From an uncultured Aliarcobacter sp. (lineage in GTDB: Bacteria; Campylobacterota; Campylobacteria; Campylobacterales; Arcobacteraceae), in assembly GCA_963664305.2 (NCBI GenBank), contig CAXXLV010000001.1:576001-640000 (forward strand): 64,000 nucleotides of DNA, read 5' to 3'. Under the pieces are notes generated by a model. It saw only the letters and a program-made list of their open reading frames with translations. It was not told the origin of the DNA and made no database searches. How positions within the stretch are numbered: position 1 is the first letter of the stretch; every line of letters starts with the position of its first letter. Made by a program: the position numbers and the translations under genes. This document shows, piece by piece, positions 62,081 through 64,000 of this stretch.

Positions 62081-64000
62081 ATGTCACAAATACCTCAATT
62101 TACCCATCTACATTTACATACAGAATTTTCATTACTTGATGGTGCAAATAAGATTAAACCTTTAGCTAAAAAAGTGAAAAAAATGGGAATGACAAGTGTT
62201 GCCATGACAGACCATGGAAACATGTTTGGAGCCATTGCTTTTTATAATGCTATGAGAGATGAAGGAATAAAACCAATTATTGGAATGGAAGCATACATTC
62301 ATAATAGTGATGATATTGGTGATAAAACGAATAGACAAAGATATCACTTATGTTTATATGCAAAAAATGAAGTTGGTTACAAAAATCTAATGTTTTTAAG
62401 CTCTCAAGCCTATATGCATGGTTTTTACTATTATCCAAGAATTAATAAAAAACTTTTACGTGAAAACTCTGAAGGTTTAGTTTGTAGTGCTGCTTGTTTA
62501 CAAGGTGAAGTAAACTGGCATCTAAACACGCAAAACGAAAGAAATGTAAAAAATGGTGCAAAAGGTTATGAAGAAGCAAAAAAAATTGCACTTGAATATA
62601 AAGAGATTTTTGGTGACGATTTTTATTTAGAAATCATGCGTCATGGAATTTCTGACCAACACTTTGTTGATGACCAGATTTTAAGAATCTCACAAGAAAC
62701 TGGAATAAAAGTTGTTGCCACAAATGATACACACTACTTAGAACAAAAAGATGCTGATGCACATGAAGCTTTTATGTGTATTGCAATGAATAAACTTTAT
62801 GATGACCCAAATAGATTAAGACATAGTGTTCATGAATTTTATTTAAAATCTCCAGAGCAAATTGCAAAACTTTATGCAGATATTCCTGAAGCTATTGAAG
62901 CTACTCAAGAAATAGCAGACAAGTGTAATCTAACTATAAAACTAGGAAATCCTACTCCTCCAAATTTTAAATTTACAAGACAAAAATCAGCGGAAGCTGG
63001 TTTAACACTACCTGAACCTGAACTTGAATATTCTCTTGAAAATGACAAAATTCTATTTATGCACGAATGCCGAATGGGATTAGAAGATAGATTAAAAATC
63101 GTTCCAGAGGAACGTCATCAAGAGTACAGAGATAGACTTGAAGTTGAAATAGAAATCATCAATAATATGAAATTCCCAGGATATATGCTTATCGTTTGGG
63201 ATTTCGTTATTGTTGCAAAAAGAATGGGAATTCCAGTTGGTCCAGGAAGGGGTTCAGCAGCAGGAAGTTTAGTTGCCTTTTCTTTAAAAATTACAGATAT
63301 TGACCCTATTCCTTATGGTTTACTTTTTGAGAGATTCCTAAATCCAGAAAGGGTATCAATGCCCGATATTGATATGGACTTCTGTCAAAGTAGAAGGGGA
63401 GAAATTATTGATTATGTTGTTCAACAATACGGCAGAGCAAACGTTGCTCAAATTATCACTTTTGGTAAGCTTTTAGCAAAAGGAGTTATTAGGGACGTTG
63501 CAAGAGTTCTTGATATGCCTTATGCAAAAGCAGATGCTATGGCAAAACTAATTCCAGATGAATTAGGAATAGATTTAAAGAACTCTTGGGAAAAAGAACC
63601 AAAAATAAAAGAACTTTGTGAAGCTGACCCACAAGCTGCAAGGGTTTGGGAATATGCTTTAGCACTTGAAGGATTAAATAGAAATGCAGGAACTCACGCA
63701 GCTGGAGTTGTTATTTCAAATGAACCTTTATGGAAAAAAACTCCACTTTTTAAGCCTAGTGGTTTGGATACTCTAGCAACTCAATATAATGGAAAATATG
63801 TAGAAGATGTTGACTTAATTAAATTCGACTTTTTAGGTTTAAAAACTCTAACTGTTATTGAAGAAGCAAATAAACTAATCGAACAACGTCACGGAAAACG
63901 TGTAAATTTCATCACAACAGATGTAAATGACAAAGGTGTTTATGACCTAATTCAAACAGGAAATACAATTGGATTATTCCAGATAGAGTCTGATGGTATG
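62081..64000 (+). CDS. dnaE: DNA polymerase III alpha subunit, 5' part; runs off window edge
   Basis: Not in the ORF track; from ATG 62081: MSQIPQFTHLHLHTEFSLLDGA...TDHGNMFG; later GPGRGSAAGS, PDIDMDF, HAAGVVI, KFDFLGL. Confidence 0.98.
   Translation, partial: MSQIPQFTHLHLHTEFSLLDGANKIKPLAKKVKKMGMTSVAMTDHGNMFGAIAFYNAMRDEGIKPIIGMEAYIHNSDDIGDKTNRQRYHLCLYAKNEVGYKNLMFLSSQAYMHGFYYYPRINKKLLRENSEGLVCSAACLQGEVNWHLNTQNERNVKNGAKGYEEAKKIALEYKEIFGDDFYLEIMRHGISDQHFVDDQILRISQETGIKVVATNDTHYLEQKDADAHEAFMCIAMNKLYDDPNRLRHSVHEFYLKSPEQIAKLYADIPEAIEATQEIADKCNLTIKLGNPTPPNFKFTRQKSAEAGLTLPEPELEYSLENDKILFMHECRMGLEDRLKIVPEERHQEYRDRLEVEIEIINNMKFPGYMLIVWDFVIVAKRMGIPVGPGRGSAAGSLVAFSLKITDIDPIPYGLLFERFLNPERVSMPDIDMDFCQSRRGEIIDYVVQQYGRANVAQIITFGKLLAKGVIRDVARVLDMPYAKADAMAKLIPDELGIDLKNSWEKEPKIKELCEADPQAARVWEYALALEGLNRNAGTHAAGVVISNEPLWKKTPLFKPSGLDTLATQYNGKYVEDVDLIKFDFLGLKTLTVIEEANKLIEQRHGKRVNFITTDVNDKGVYDLIQTGNTIGLFQIESDGM

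Noticed and set aside
62081..64000. Intein or frameshift in dnaE (absent from the ORF track)
   Set aside because: Expected motifs appear in order and the end is in frame; it is missing only because the stop lies outside the window

Overview
Very AT-rich, gene-dense chromosomal window from a Campylobacterota bacterium, most likely Arcobacteraceae (inferred from gene content and order; not verified by a search). It holds: the first seven genes of a legionaminic-acid-type nonulosonate biosynthesis cluster (running off the left edge); recA-eno-ftsB-like-AMIN; topA-phosphoesterase-bioB-antiporter; mqnD-murB; a complete 14-gene complex I operon of the Campylobacter/Helicobacter type, with non-canonical genes in place of nuoE/nuoF; an AAA ATPase; tandem Sel1 lipoproteins; TetR plus an orphan-dauA pair; nfo; an NDH-2-like flavoprotein; an NSS transporter; queH-lpxB-fabZ-lpxA-clpX-mreBC; riboflavin synthase; mnmG; a double-thioredoxin SoxW-like protein; ccoG; pyrG-recJ; two FlgO-family genes; DJ-1; a PlcP-like phosphoesterase plus patatin; and the 5' part of dnaE. 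I saw no rRNA, tRNA, CRISPR array, transposase, integrase or prophage. This is mostly core genome and I cannot claim a clearly new multi-gene system. The best leads are: (1) the nuoF-position protein reads as a degenerate duplicate of the C-terminal half of NuoG; (2) a PlcP-type (GNHD) enzyme coupled to a patatin; (3) a probable ATT start codon; (4) two probable leaderless genes; (5) a PseG-like protein lacking the catalytic His; (6) a Gly-to-Glu change beside the key NuoM lysine; (7) several candidate operators/hairpins, including one upstream of recA.
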